Source: Owenia fusiformis
Taxonomy: Eukaryota
NCBI GenBank assembly: GCA_903813345.2
Contig: CAIIXF020000001.1
Span: 32,240,001 to 32,304,000, forward strand
DNA length: 64,000 nucleotides
Reading direction: 5' to 3'
Shown: in pieces, positions 13,601-26,992 of the stretch
How positions within the stretch are numbered: position 1 is the first letter of the stretch
How the letters are laid out: each line of letters starts with the position of its first letter
Program-made: the position numbers and the translations under genes
The notes under the pieces: generated by a model
Told to the model about the DNA's origin: nothing
The model's input: the letters and a program-made list of their open reading frames with translations, nothing else
Databases searched by the model: none

Positions 13601-16600
13601 TGTAAAGTCTGTTGGACAATGTACAGTATTAAATTAAATATTAACTGTTCAATATTCACCTTATAGGTATATTGGCAACCCCAACACAGCCTTAAAACAT
13701 TTCAACAAGGCCAGGAAAGACTCTGACTGGGGACAGAAGGCCACCTACAACATGATAGAAATCTGCCTTAACCCAGACAATGACACCATTGGGGGAGAGG
13801 TCTTTGAAAGCACAGACTCAGAGGGGTAAGGCATTAATTGTATATTAGTAACAGCACATTGAATTGAGTAGTATTGTTTCATTATATCAACATACTGACA
13901 TATACTATATTATACAGATTTTGATTGATTTTGTGTCTACATTTCTTCTATCACACTGTATTTGTCTACTTTGGTGCTACTTAATTTGGTGATTTTCTGT
14001 TTTTGGACCTTTTGGCGTCTATTTAATTTGGCGGTTTTTCAATTGTCCCAGACATCCTCCCATCCAGCCCAATTCAAGATACTCATTGCTAGTGTTATTG
14101 ATGAACAATTTCTTCAAAATTTCTTGTTTTTATATAAATTTCTTCAATATTTTTTTTTTGTTATTTTTATAACTTTAAACAGCCCAGTCATCTTGGTACC
14201 TTTCTTATAACCAAAAGTGCACAAAATGAAAAATATGTCATATTCCCGGAATTTTGGCAACTATTTAATTTGGCGTTTTTTTAATTGGCCGAAATTCCCC
14301 AATTTAATGCGCTCGCCAAACTAAAGACAAATACAATATTTGATCATCATGAAATGAAATAAAAATGCCCTGTATAGAATATATTTACTGACTTTATTTA
14401 GGCTGAACGAAACACCAATCCCAGTTCCAAAACAATCACCTGGCTTGCCTACAATGAAGCAGTCCTCCTCCAATAGACCCATTGTTCCTCCATTAGACAT
14501 TTCCCCTATTACAAATACCAATCATTTGGGAAAATTTGACATAAGTCCCCAGGTCCGCCCCACTGCTCCTGAACCTGATGATTCCCAAGGTTCCTGGGTA
14601 GAGAACCAACCAGAATCACCCCCTCCTAGTCCAGCAGGGCAGGCAAACAATACCCTTAGACTACTTGATCAACCTATAATGCTGACCTTGAATGAGTTGA
14701 CTGATCAACTTAGACATCTTACAGCAGATGACCTCATGCCTAGAAAACGTTTTATAAAAAAGTAACTTAGTTAAGGGTCAAAGTTAAGACTGTTAGATAC
14801 AATATTTTTGTTAAGTTGCACATTTTCATTCATATAAATAACTGGTTGAATAAATGGAATTTTATGTGTTTAAGTGATTCTTTTCTTCAAAAGTCTGCTC
14901 TTTTGACAACATTTAACCATCTTCCATCAATTGCTCCAAGTTCAAATCTCTTCAGCGCAGTTTTTGACAATGAAGAATTATTATACTGTTATAAAGAAAA
15001 ATTATCTGCTTCAACGTAAAAAATACTAATTGTCCACTAAAATCTAATGGTACAGTTTACGTAAAATACACAAATATATGGCTGTATGATAATTGAAAGT
15101 ATTTTTTAGCTCTTCTGAGAAAAATGACAGTGAACAGTTGGCAGTGAAGACTGCGGAAAAACTGCTGAAGGTAAGTTCATTGTTCTATGAAGATGTAATA
15201 GGTCTTTCGCTGTTTTGATTGAACTCTAAACCATTTCCTGAATCGAATTCTTGAAATGAAATTGTCTTTCCGATTTTTCATATTTGGTTGTAGGGAAAGA
15301 TAATTACATTATGATATCAAAATTCTTCAGCTTTATTTAGTTATTATGAATTAGAAGTTTCTCATGTCCTCAAAGTGGAATTAAACCATGAATATTACTA
15401 TATTTTTGGATCATACATTAGGTTAATTACATGCATTTCAGTGGGAACATAAAGGAGCAGTAGGAGATGTCAACTTAAATATTGAAAGCTTCAGTTCCTT
15501 ATCTACATACTCATGTTATCTACAGAGCATCCTGTCTTAATGAGTACTAATGAGTAGTTACTTACAGATATTTCTTGTAATAATTGTAGGAGTTAAAACG
15601 CAAGCCTGGAGACCTGATGCCTCAGATACTTGAGAACATGACCCTCATTGCTACGAAGAACAAATCTAATATTGAGAAGGCGCTTGCCTCCTTCATGGAA
15701 ATATGCTCCCAGGAAGTATGTACTGTCATAATAGTTACACAGTATCTGGGCTTGGATTTATCAGTATTGAATGAATTTAGTTGACCTGATATTGGAAGAT
15801 AGTAGCTCCAGTAATATCATCTTTATGTAGACCAGTGATTATAGATATTAGCAATTATAAACCAACGTTTAATACAATACTTCCGCTACCATACTTCCTA
15901 GTTGAAGTTGGATGGTGTACCTTTCAATACAAGTCTATAAAATATACTTTTACATGTATATCTTAAACAAACCATTTTATGGGTATGATTAGCAGCAGGC
16001 AATTTTCTGTTACCAAAATCGCCTGTAGTTTTTATTAGGAACTGTTTCCATGTTAAGATTAAAATTTCCTTCAACTGATGCATATTATTGATTCTATTTT
16101 CTCTTCACAGAGGGATCATGTTGGTGCTCTGTATGGGATGGCAGCAGCATATATGGTAATGAAGCAGACACCTAGAGCCAGGAACCAACTGAAGAGAGTC
16201 ACCAAGGCCAACTGGACAATGACAGTAAATACATTCATTAATGTAACATTGTATTTGGATATCTATCTGAAATTGGAATTGTGATTTACTTAGTCAAAGA
16301 AATTGAAAATATTATTATTGTATTGAAAGTATTTGCATTAGACCTAATGATTTGAAAAGCATTGATATATGTGTGTTTCTGACTAGCTATCATGTTAATG
16401 TGTTATAACCACTGCAGTTATATAACAATGGTACACTATCAGACTATTTTCCCATGGTTACATTATTGTCTCTATGGTTACAGGAGGCAGAGGACCTAGA
16501 GAAGAGTTGGTTACTGCTGTCTGATATGTTCATCCAAACTGGCAAGTTTGACATGGCCACGGAGCTGCTAAAGCGCTGCTTGCAGCATAATAAGGTACAA

Positions 16601-17287
16601 GAAGGGGAAAGAAGACTTATACCAAGTCTCTGGTTTCAACATTGTTCTTGTGTTGATAGACATGTTTTGCCAAGAGAAGAACCTACTGATGGGTCACAAT
16701 TTGAAATTATTTTGGATATTTACTCATGTATACTGTCATTTTCCTCATTTTGAGCATTATTTCTTATTGCCTACATATTTACACTTTGCATGTTATTATA
16801 GTCTTGCACAAAAGCATATGAGTACATGGGACACATTATGGAAAAGGAACAGTCATACAAGGATGCCGCTAAGAACTATGAAATGGCTTGGAAGTATGGA
16901 AACAAAAACAGTCCAAATATAGGTAAGTTCATGATTTGCCATTTACATTAAAATGAACCATTTTCATTATAAAAGCAAAGCGCAACTAAATATTAAAAGT
17001 TGTTCAAAAATAGACACTGCTTGAACTGACCATTAAACATGCATAAATTGGAAGAACATGTAGGGCTATCATTCTTTTACATAGACAGGTTTAATGGTAC
17101 AATATCTGAATATTGTTTATTTATGATATATGCGATTTCAGGTTACAAGCTAGGATTCAACTACCTGAAGGCTCGTAGGTTTGTTGATGCCATAGATATC
17201 TGTCACCATGTGCTTAAAGGACATCCAAACTATCCTAAAATACGCAAAGACATTCTTGATAAAGCTAGAGCCAGTCTACGCGTGTAA
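1670..17287 (+). CDS. TTC21B: Tetratricopeptide repeat protein 21B (IFT139, IFT-A subunit), 5'-incomplete, spliced
   Basis: GT-AG exons joining in frame: 1670-1754, 1992-2090, 3334-3526, 4938-5035, 6245-6352, 6803-6895, 7826-7955, 8697-8782, 8940-9129, 9533-9884, 10086-10322, 10500-10588, 11764-11956, 12316-12418, 12840-12950, 13187-13419, 13667-13825, 15110-15170, 15590-15715, 16111-16224, 16484-16594, 16802-16922, 17142-17287 (TAA). Peptides [41 protein letters not shown] and [17 protein letters not shown] match recalled vertebrate TTC21B in order. Confidence 0.96.
5061..5974 (+). mobile_element. Helentron/HINE-like non-autonomous element
   Basis: Head ttatccgaccgaacgaag, (ccgt)n microsatellite, ~120-125-bp internal repeats, subterminal inverted copy ttgttcggtgggat, 3' hairpin gctactccgtggagttgc, end ctagt. 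Confidence 0.75.
7003..7700. mobile_element. MITE/foldback with ~100-bp terminal inverted repeats
   Basis: tctcaaacagcatca...gtgctggacagcactgtaaaaacagtactgtacatcactgttttcaaaaacagtgccatatagcgct is mirrored at about 7607-7700. Confidence 0.75.
8142..8582 (+). mobile_element. ~440-bp MITE (second copy at about 50155-50594, partial reverse copy at about 58620-58780)
   Basis: Termini agatgcgagtag...ctactcgcattt. The body closely matches the 50.2-kb copy. Confidence 0.75.
10567..11643 (+). repeat. 54-bp tandem repeat, 20 copies, containing a TTC21B exon end and splice donor
   Basis: Unit gcattagatacagacacacc(c/t)agtaagtggatcatatgcatgt(a/g)ggttgtagta. Donor-like GT at 10589, 10643 ... 11613. Confidence 0.95.
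14402..14761 (+). CDS. Candidate alternative (cassette or terminal) Pro/Ser-rich exon of TTC21B
   Basis: Acceptor tttatttag|G at 14401/14402. Open in the TTC21B frame (phase 2) for 360 nt. Ends AA|gtaact (phase 2), with TAA at 14763-14765 if read through. More C-rich than the flanking intron. Confidence 0.5.
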
Positions 17288-18029
17288 CTCACAGGGGTAA
17301 ATAATTACAATCACATTGTAATTGCATGTCATGCATCCTTTTGGACAGAAAGAAGCTGCATATAAATTGTAATGAAATAGTGAAGTAAATTGAGTCTAGA
17401 GGAATTAAAGATCAGGCTTGTATTGCTCCATGGTACAAGGCGAGATCTACATGTAGACCTGTTTAATATGTGGAATTCATCTACCATTTAACTTCACTGT
17501 TCATTATTCCTCATGTTCATCACATCCCTATTTATGTGTCGGCTCAATCTATGGCTTTATTTCAAATTGAATCTCTTGTGTGAAAAAATGAGAAGAATCC
17601 GTCCTATTATAATGAAATGAAATATGCTCTGCCAAGTGTACATACATGTATTTCTATGTTAGGTAAATATTAAAAAATATAATCCACATGTATATTTATC
17701 GTGCAAATGTTGCACATTTTATTTTAAACTGTAATGATGTATAAAGTATTTGTACATAAAAATATTTAAAATACAAAAAATAATCAATAAAATGCTGATT
17801 TGTTGTATAACAAGAACATGTGTTACATATTGTGTTACACCATTGAATTGCATTTAAAATTCCAAATTTTTCAAGAGAAAGGGATTCACAGAAGATCATA
17901 GACACACGTACATGTAATTGTAGTCAGTAGCATGTCTTACTCTTGAGGAAAAAAATATGCTTGAAAAACGTCCATCTCCTTGAAATGCTTACTAATACAC
18001 AAATAACAAGCTCTGAGAATGTACATTAA

Positions 18030-18248
18030 CCTCTTGACTACCTGGAGTGATGAGATTTCTCGTCACCTCAAAAATGACCTTGAAACCCAGAGTGACGAGA
18101 AAATCCGTCACAAAGAAATGATCTCTGCCGTCTAATTTTAATTAGTTGAGCATTTAAAGATGTATAGGTATGTAGTAGAATGTCAAAAGGTGGCAAAAAT
18201 GAAAAATTCCCTGGTTTCAACCGATTTTAGAGCCTGGGATTCAAGAGG
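18030..18248. mobile_element. piggyBac-like MITE
   Basis: TTAA|cctcttga...tcaagagg|TTAA. Confidence 0.6.
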
Positions 18249-18591
18249 TTAAGTTTTGCTGACATGTACACCTATGGCTGGTCTGTTTGTGAGCTGATCT
18301 ACAACCAATAGGTCATTTATAGTATCTGTCTTGGGAGCAACAATTACCAATCAAACAATGAAACTAAGAATATATGATGTGTAAGTTGAGCAACTGTGTG
18401 TGACTAGGACTTGAGGTAAATATGGTATATAGCAGTTCTCTTCCAACCTGATTAAATGCTGCAAGCCATCATGAAATGTTAACAATGATACTCCAGCGAT
18501 ATAAAAAACTGTCACTCCATAATCATGCAGTTTGCTGTAAACAGTCCCAATAAACTCAAGTTGACAATTCACTTTTCAGAGTCGTATTGTT

Positions 18592-21500
18592 TTAGTAGTT
18601 AGCACAGATATGATATGATTTTGGGGATAATGGCAGTGAATTTTTGGCTGGAGTAAAATCAAAATTTTTAGAATTTTCTGCAAATGTAACTTTCAGATTT
18701 TTGAAAACATTTCCAAAGAACATCAGGAGCTCCATCCTAGCAAGGCTCTCCCCTGGACACAGCCGAGGTCCAAGTCCAAATGTAATCACAGTTTCTTGTC
18801 GAAATACCTCTCCTGCAGGATCTAAAAACCTGCAATATAAATAATTTCATTCAATTTTAAATCTTCAAAAGGGGTTAATGTGAGGCTATAAACTACCTCA
18901 AAACTCTCCTGTTGACAGACATAAATCTTAACAAACATTATGGAGAACAAACATCCAGTAAAATAACATAATTTCAACATCTGCAAATAAGACTGCACTG
19001 ACCTTGTTGGGTCAAATTCCATTGGTCTTTCCCAGTACCTTGGGTCAAGGTGGTAGCTCCAGAGGCAGAAAAACACATTCACTCCCTCAGGTATATTGTG
19101 TCCTGAAAACATTTCATTGAATGAAAATATTTTTTAATTGTTCTTGTGGTTGACTTCGTGTTTAACATTAAAAATTAAACATTTGAAATTATTATTATCC
19201 CATCGAACTAAGTTCAGAGGGATATAGGGAACACCTCCATCCATCTGTCCTTGCGTATGTCCGTCTGTTCGATAACTCAAATACCGTTCACCCTATTTTG
19301 TTAATATTTTGTACACATGTGCCCTTTGGGAGTTCTAATCGAAAATCAATTTTCAAAAATTGTAATTTCAATATGTTTTAAGAGTAAAAAAGTTATACAG
19401 GACAATTAGCTAGAAAAGATATTTAAGAAATGAATGGCAGCCATCTTGAAAAATGGCTGCCTTTACGTGCCATTTTACGATTTTTGCTGTAACTTGAAAA
19501 GTAGTGGAGTGATTTTGTTCATATTTGGTATGTGAATACTAGAATCATTAGTAGGCCACCATTTTGAAAAATGGCCACCATTTTTATGTGTGTTATAATA
19601 TTTATCATTTTTTACAATACCTCAAAAAGTAGTGGAGCGATTTTGTTCATATTTGATGTGTGAATACTGTAAGCATGGCACGTTGTCTAATAACACTTTT
19701 GAGAGTAGCTGGCCATTTTGAAAATGGCCACCATTTTTACTTGTGTTATTTTACATTTTTTACTATAACTCAAAAGTAATAGAGCGATTTTGTTCATATT
19801 TGATATGTGAATACTCATTAGCATGGCAAACTGTTTTATGACATTTTTGGTAGTAGGCGGCCATTTAAAAGATGACTGACATTTACATGTACGTGTGTGC
19901 GTTTTTTTTTTTAATTTTTAAATTTTATATGTGCCTACTTAAAAGCATATTACTTTTTCTGATGACAATTGACTTGCACTAAGTGATGTCACATTCATGA
20001 GGTCAGTCATGAGTGATTTTCAAAGGTGTAAATACAAAGTACAATGTCATACTGCATTTGCATGCGTTTTTGCTAGATAGACTGATCTAATGATGGAAAA
20101 ATTGTATCAAAATCCTTTGTGCCATTGTATGCCCCTTTAATCAATCTTTTAAATTACTTTTGTCTTACCTTGAATTGTAGTATTCTTTCTTGCCCTATTA
20201 GGTGCAAATGTTGAAATGTTACTGCATCTCTGTATTTCCAGTACAGTTGCTTCAAGATATGGACATCTCTTCCTATCTTGCCATCTTATGTTTTCATCTT
20301 CCTTGAAGCTGGTCCTCAGTTCACTTTGGAGCTTGTTCTGGGGAGTGATGAGAAAGGTTGATTTGATAAACATTGATTCTGGGTCTAACTGAAGGTGAAC
20401 AAGTCTATAAAGGACAAACTCATTATCTATTAACAGGTCATTGGCAAGGGTAAGAACTCTTCAACATTTATATTTAATTCCATAATTCAGAGTACTCATT
20501 AAATATAACAAAACTAGAACAGATATGGAGTAGCAAATTGCAACAAACAAAGCATGAGAAATGACCAGGCTAAAGAATCATCTCTTTTTGGCAAAATCTA
20601 CACCAAAGTGAGAATTATAAATTCTTTTTTGAGAAGAGATCCTATGACTGAAACTCATTATCCCATCGAACAAAGTTCGGACAGATATAGGGAAGGCCTC
20701 CATCCGTACATCCATCTTTACATCCATACGTTGGTCCATCCGTCCAGGCGATAACTCAAATACTGTTTGCCGGATTTCGTTTATATTTTGTACAAATGTG
20801 CCCTATGGGAGTACAATTGTTCTGCTTAAAAATCAATTTTCAAAATGGCTGCTCGTTTAAAAATGGCAGCCATTTTAGTGCCGATTTTACAGTAATTTAG
20901 GTACTGTTTATAAAACTGTAATAGCAATATGGTTAAATGTAAAAAGTTATATAGGACATTAATTATTAAGCTAGAAAAGTAGGTATTAAAGAAATACATG
21001 GCAGCCATCTTGAAAATGGCTGCCTTTACACGTCATTTTACGATTTTTACTGTAACTTGAAAAGTAGTGGAGCGATTTTGTTCATATTTGATATGTGAAT
21101 ACTATAAGCATGGTGCACTGTCTAATGACACTTTTGGTAGTTGGCGGCCATTTTTTAAAATGGCAACCGTTTTTACGTATTATACTTTAACTTGAAATAG
21201 TGAAGCGATTTTGTTCATATTTGATATGTGAATACTCGTGAGTCTTGCATAACGACACTTAGGTGAGTAGGTGGGAGTAGGTGGCCATTTTGAAAAATGA
21301 CTGCCATTTTTATATTTTTTACTATAACTCGAAAAGTGAATACTATAAGCATGGCACGTTGTCTAATAACACTTTTGAGAGTAGCTGGCCCTTTTTGAAA
21401 ATGGCCACCATTTTACTGTGTTATTTTACATTTTTTACGATAACTAAAAAAAGTACTAGAGCGATTTTGTTCATATGTGAATACTCATTATTTTAAATAT

Positions 21501-24500
21501 AAATTGCTATAAGTTGTTTGTAAAAATGCCAGCGATGGGCTTTGCTATGCTTTGGTGTTGCTGTTGTCTAGTTAGCCGAGATACAATTACTCAGAAAAAT
21601 TCTATTTCTTCAGAAAAATGGGGGCCATTTTGTACCTTTTGCATTCGTTTGACTTCACTTCTTAAAAGAGAGCTTCGTCTTCACTCTTTCAAACTAAAAT
21701 AAACCTGTGAACTCACTGCGCCAATCAGTGTTCGTCGGCCAAATTTGACCGACGTTCTATATATGGTCATTCCTTCTGACGTCATTGTTGAGCTCGGAAT
21801 TGACCAATGACATGCGCATATTTAATTAGCACGCATTTGGCGTGTGTTTCTTCAAGCTTGCTGACTGATGGAAGAAAGGTCAGAGCGTAGGTCAGAAGTG
21901 ATTTATTACACAAACTGTCACCGGTACCCGTTGTGTGGGCGGGGCTACTAAACTGTAATATGGTCTCTACTAGGCGGAGTGTAGTTTAACTAGACTCTGC
22001 GTGCATGGTAGCCATTTTGAAGTGTTGCTTGTATTTTTCTCATCAAGAAAGATGTAATGAACGAACAGATGGATGAATGAACAGATGGAAGAAGGGTTCT
22101 GTCTATCCCTCTTGAACTTCTGTGGTGGGATAATTGCAATTTTAAAATATCCAGTTCAATATTAGCCTCACCTGTATGTTAGGGTTCTTAGCTAGTAGGG
22201 CAAGTCCCCACAATGTAGTGAGGCCAGTAGTGTCAAACCCTGCAGTTATCACATTAACAAATGACCACTGGAGATCTTTATCACTCAGTAGTTGACCGTC
22301 ATTGTCTTCTTCCTGTTCAATCAAGACCTTATCTATGACATCACGAGGTTTTGTTACATCTTCCAATGTTGATCTGTGCTCATCTATGAACCTTTGTACT
22401 AGTTCCAATAACCAGTTGTTGCAATCTTCAATTGTTTTTCTATTTTTATGAGGTAGAAGTCTTAATACAGGGAACAGGTCCAAATACAGCAAGGTGACAT
22501 AAGCACGGAATCTTGTGTCAACATTATGCATTATTGTCAAGAATTCTTTGTCATCAGGAGTATAATGTTTATTAAACAAAATATGGAATGTGATATTCAT
22601 GACGCTGCACATAACAATTTCTTTGGGGTCAAAGCCAACTTTTGGCTGCTGCTTGAAGCTCTGTAGGACATTGAGGGTTTCTTGTAGTATCTTCTGCTCC
22701 AGGACAACTTGCATTTCCCCCCTTAGTCTCAGGGCAGAAAGGAACAGTTTGCGCTTTAGCTTACACTTTGTGTTGTAATCACTGATGAATATACCTGCAA
22801 CAACACATTCATATTATATAATATTATATAAGAAGTAATATTGTCAACCTTCTGAATACAGGACTTCAGAGGAAAAGGTTATTCTTGTAGCCCTGCATTC
22901 AAAGGATTTCTTATGTTTATCAAACCTATTGCTGAAAGGGACTGCATCGTCTTTTGCGCTCCCACCTACAGTAGTTGGGTTTCCACTTTCCACCTACCAC
23001 ACCATGTAGGATCTGCTTTTGATTTATCTTGCATAATTATTGCCAGAAACTATTTTTCCCAGTAGTTGTAACTGGGACAAATCACGTAAAAAGAATACCA
23101 GTATGAGTTTCCAAAAATCAAATTGTAGGCAAAGTGTACTGGACATAATTATGATCTCAATATATTTTTTATCTGTCAATTCAGTTTACCAATGAAAATG
23201 AAAATGTATTTCACAAATGTGTTGCCTTAATCATACTGTGACGCAATCCAAAGACAGTGATAAGAGCCCAAACCGTTACAAACCCTAATCTAATTATATT
23301 TGTCATTTTACATTACCATTATTGCGGTCTCCGCCATAGTTGAGGTTAGCAGCATAAAGGTTTGGTCTATCTGCAAAGTCTAGACCTTTGGTTAGCATAC
23401 CCTCCTTCAGTCCATCCTTTGATGAGACCATCACTATTGAAGTTTGACCCATAGCTAGTGTGAAAACATCCCCATATACCTTGTTGAAGCCTCTTACAAC
23501 CTATAATACATATCGAACCTCCATTGATGTCATGGCTATTATAGTAGATGCATTCAAGTTTGTGATGGATGTATGTGACATTATCCCACCCTAAGTGCTT
23601 TATATGATTGTATTATAGCATTGTATAACTGTAATAAAAATCCAACACTCATCGTATAAGACTCTTGAGAATGATATACAACTCCTGGATAGCGTATACA
23701 ACTCCTGGGCAGCGTATACAACTCTTCGACTTGATATATCAATGATATAAACAACTGCTGAATTTAGATTAACCTTTTATCTATCAAAGATTAGGGTGGG
23801 ATAATAAGATAATATAATGGTTGATTCTGTATATCGTTATACTCTCGTAAGTATATGATATATTCACTCGTGAATATATCATATAGCTCACTTGAGTATA
23901 AACATGATATATTTAGAGGTTATGTCACTATGACGTGAAATATGCCTGAGTTCTCCCAATATAGGCCGACCTTGGGAGGCTCTATATTTGGGCAAGAACG
24001 AAGGCATATTTCACGTCATAGTGACATAACTGATGTATTACATGCCTTTGTTCCCATGGTTACTTTGTATCAATGACGTGACGCCATGATATTATCATGG
24101 TTATTAAAGAAATCTAATATCAAAACGAGGTAAGCGGGCTATATCAGGGTAATCGGGCAATATCGGTGGATATAGCTCGCTAACTTTCCCATTGACTTCC
24201 ATACAAATGCTTCGCTAGGTATGTAATACATATATATATATACAGAATCGACCATTATATAACCTCATCATATATCGATGAATGTAATATACTGTACATG
24301 TACTTTTATACACACATAAACTTCTTGATAAATCACTTAAGACTATTATTGCAGTTTTTTATTCTCATATCTGAAGATACACACCTCATGCATGTGTGTT
24401 CCTTTGCCCAGAGCTATAAACGTATTTATAAGTTCAAGGTAGCCAGGTCCCTTTGGAAGGTGAGGTCTGTTATAAAGCTTGCTACAGACAATTACAACAC

Positions 24501-24582
24501 ATATGACCATTGTTGCTACAATTCCTGCTGTGGACATGGCATAACGAGCCGTTTCTGCCAACAGGGGTTGTTCCATGTTCAT
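18592..24582 (-). CDS. Cytochrome P450, clan-2-like, about 503 aa
   Basis: Exons (plus coordinates) 24385-24582, 23317-23500, 22172-22794, 20169-20337, 19003-19102, 18592-18829 total 1512 nt. N-terminal TM anchor followed by LPKGP, FADRP, I-helix AGFDTT, K-helix EIQR, FDPTRF and heme motif FGLGPRLCPGE. Confidence 0.93.
19195..19900 (+). mobile_element. HINE-like element, degenerate, 3' end uncertain
   Basis: Head ttatcccatcgaactaagttcagagggatataggg, microsatellite, and internal repeats shared with 20658-21572. Confidence 0.6.
20658..21572 (+). mobile_element. HINE-like element
   Basis: Head ttatcccatcgaacaaag, (catcc) repeats, central repeats, end gcgatgggctttgctatgct...gttgtctagt. Confidence 0.7.
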
Positions 24583-25912
24583 GTTGTGATCAAAGACCTG
24601 CCTGTGATGGTATTCTAAATAGTAAACAAACTTAGCATTTATATGTGCATATTTAGTCTTACATCAGACCCCTCAACCCCCTCCTCCCTCAAACACGGAG
24701 GTGAATACTAATGGAGAGGGGACATGGGTCAAGACTATAGAAAACTAATACATTCAGATTTTTTGCAGATCATTGATGTGTAGACATGTTGAGCTTATAT
24801 CAATGTATATATGTAGCAAATGTTGAATGTACGTATTTAGAAGGACAAAAGTAGAACTTCTATGATTCTCGGATGTGCACAATAACAGACACTTCCGGAT
24901 TTGATAAATTACAATAACAATCTACACATCTAGACAAATATGGGGAAATACCTTTACAGGTGACTCAGAAATTAAATTTAATATATAATGCACACGACTA
25001 AATGGTTGTCACTTTCAAACATTCAGCTTTTGTTGATTCATTGATGAATATAATAAACTCTTGAAGAAATATCTTCACCTTTGTATTGGAGGTCTTCGAA
25101 AAGGAGGAAATAAAATTTGGGCGATAATAGAAAAAAATATTCGTGGCTCCAGATTTTTACCATATTTTGCATCAAAATGCAGGTAAATATATATTCATAT
25201 AACTAATATGTATCCATATATATTTGTTATTTTAAAGTGTATATAGACCATATAAGCATTACTACACATTATTATGGACTAAAGTCCATTTCATCTTCAA
25301 TGTTTTATTTTCATAAAGGACGATTCTCGGTTTGGAGAACAGTCTCCTGGGCTAATAATTTTTTTCATGAAAAATATAGAAATATTGCCCAAATTAAACT
25401 ATGAATATTCAAAAGAGGACATTTAAATCTACAAGATGTAAAAATAACAAATTGGTCTGAAGCAGGGATAATGCTCAATTAGACCGATTCAATAAAATAC
25501 GAGTCTCGATTTGGGGAAAGAAGTTCATCAGTGTACTGCGCTAATATTTTTTTGCGAAAAATCTAGAAATATTACCCAAATTAAATTATGACTATTCAAA
25601 AGAAGACATTTAAATCTATATTATGTAAAAAAGTCAATTTTGTCCGAAGCAGGGATAATGGTCATTTAGATTGATGATCTTCATTCTCCAAACCGAGAAT
25701 CGTCCTTTTGAAAAAGTAAAAAACTTATGAAAAACAAGAAGAAATTGATAGAATTTCAAATGCAAAAGACCACTGTGCTGTAAGTGTTGTGAATAGAAAA
25801 TATATTCATGCTAATGACATTTGTGCATCTTTGATTGCTTGTAATTTGGCTTATAAAATGTGTGGCCTCTTATACATTTATTCTGGTGACCATACCGATA
25901 TTACCATGTGTC

Positions 25913-26525
25913 TTACTCACTTCAAGAGCCATGTTCGATTTTGAAACTTATGGCTCTCGAACGGGGACATGGACAGCTGAACAATAAACACGAATTTTGT
26001 CGATCAGCGTCGATCAGCGCCTTACCTTTGTTCTCTGACTATGTCATACATCATTATCATCCTTCCGTGCAAGTATTGGAGCGCTGAAGTACTTCCTTTT
26101 CGATCAAGACTTGTTTTGTTAGTCGAGTGAGTGTTTTTTTCTGCCAAATTCCAATATGGCATTTTCTGCTCGGACATTTTCGTAAATCTCCGGAGGTTGT
26201 CCGAACCTAACTCATTCTCAAAATTCATTTCGTTCGTTGCGTATCTCGCTCCTAGCAAACCGCCATATTGGAAATGGATCGAAAAAAGCATTCACTCGAT
26301 GAAGAATTTACAAGTCTTGATCGAAAAAGAAGTATTTCAGCGCCCCAATACTTGCACGGATTGATGATACCGATGGAAGACACAGTTAGAGACCAAAAGT
26401 AAGCCACTGATCGACGCTGATCGACTCAATTCGTGTTTCAAGGGTCACTATGTATTATTCAGCTGCCCAAGTGCGCCGTGGGAAAGCTACTATATCAAAA
26501 TCCACATAGCTTTCGCAGTAAGTAA
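25913..26525. mobile_element. Foldback MITE with ~260-bp inverted arms and 8-bp target-site duplication
   Basis: CATGTGTC at 25905-25912 and 26526-26533. Termini ttactcact / agtaagtaa. Arms pair closely, e.g. 26081-26114 vs 26310-26343. Confidence 0.7.
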
Positions 26526-26992
26526 CATGTGTCTACTTACCAGTTTGTTCTATGTCATCCATCGTGCCAGGTTACATTGTGGAACTCAGCAAAACACGAC
26601 ACTGAAGGCAGTATTCTGAGGTAATAAAATCTAAATCTAAAAAATTTCCATTTGCCACCCCTTGGAGATTTCCGGAATTGAACAAAGTAGCGAATGTTGC
26701 GATCTTTCAACTTTAGTTCGTTGTTTTTCACCACTTTATGTGTAGAATTTTCATTTAGGAGGCGGTCTTATTTGAATGCATCATTTCAGGTCTTTATGAA
26801 TCAATAGATCAATAACCAGACTAAAAATACAATTAAGCAGTTTCGTTCGTTGCGTACTGGGCTTGTTAGGCACGAAATACAATTTAGCAGTTTCGTTCGT
26901 CGCGTAATTGGGCCTTCTATAATCAGTAGCAAATGCTTGCAAAACATTTTCTAAAATATTTACTACTGTTTTCCTTGAAGACATGGTTGGGT

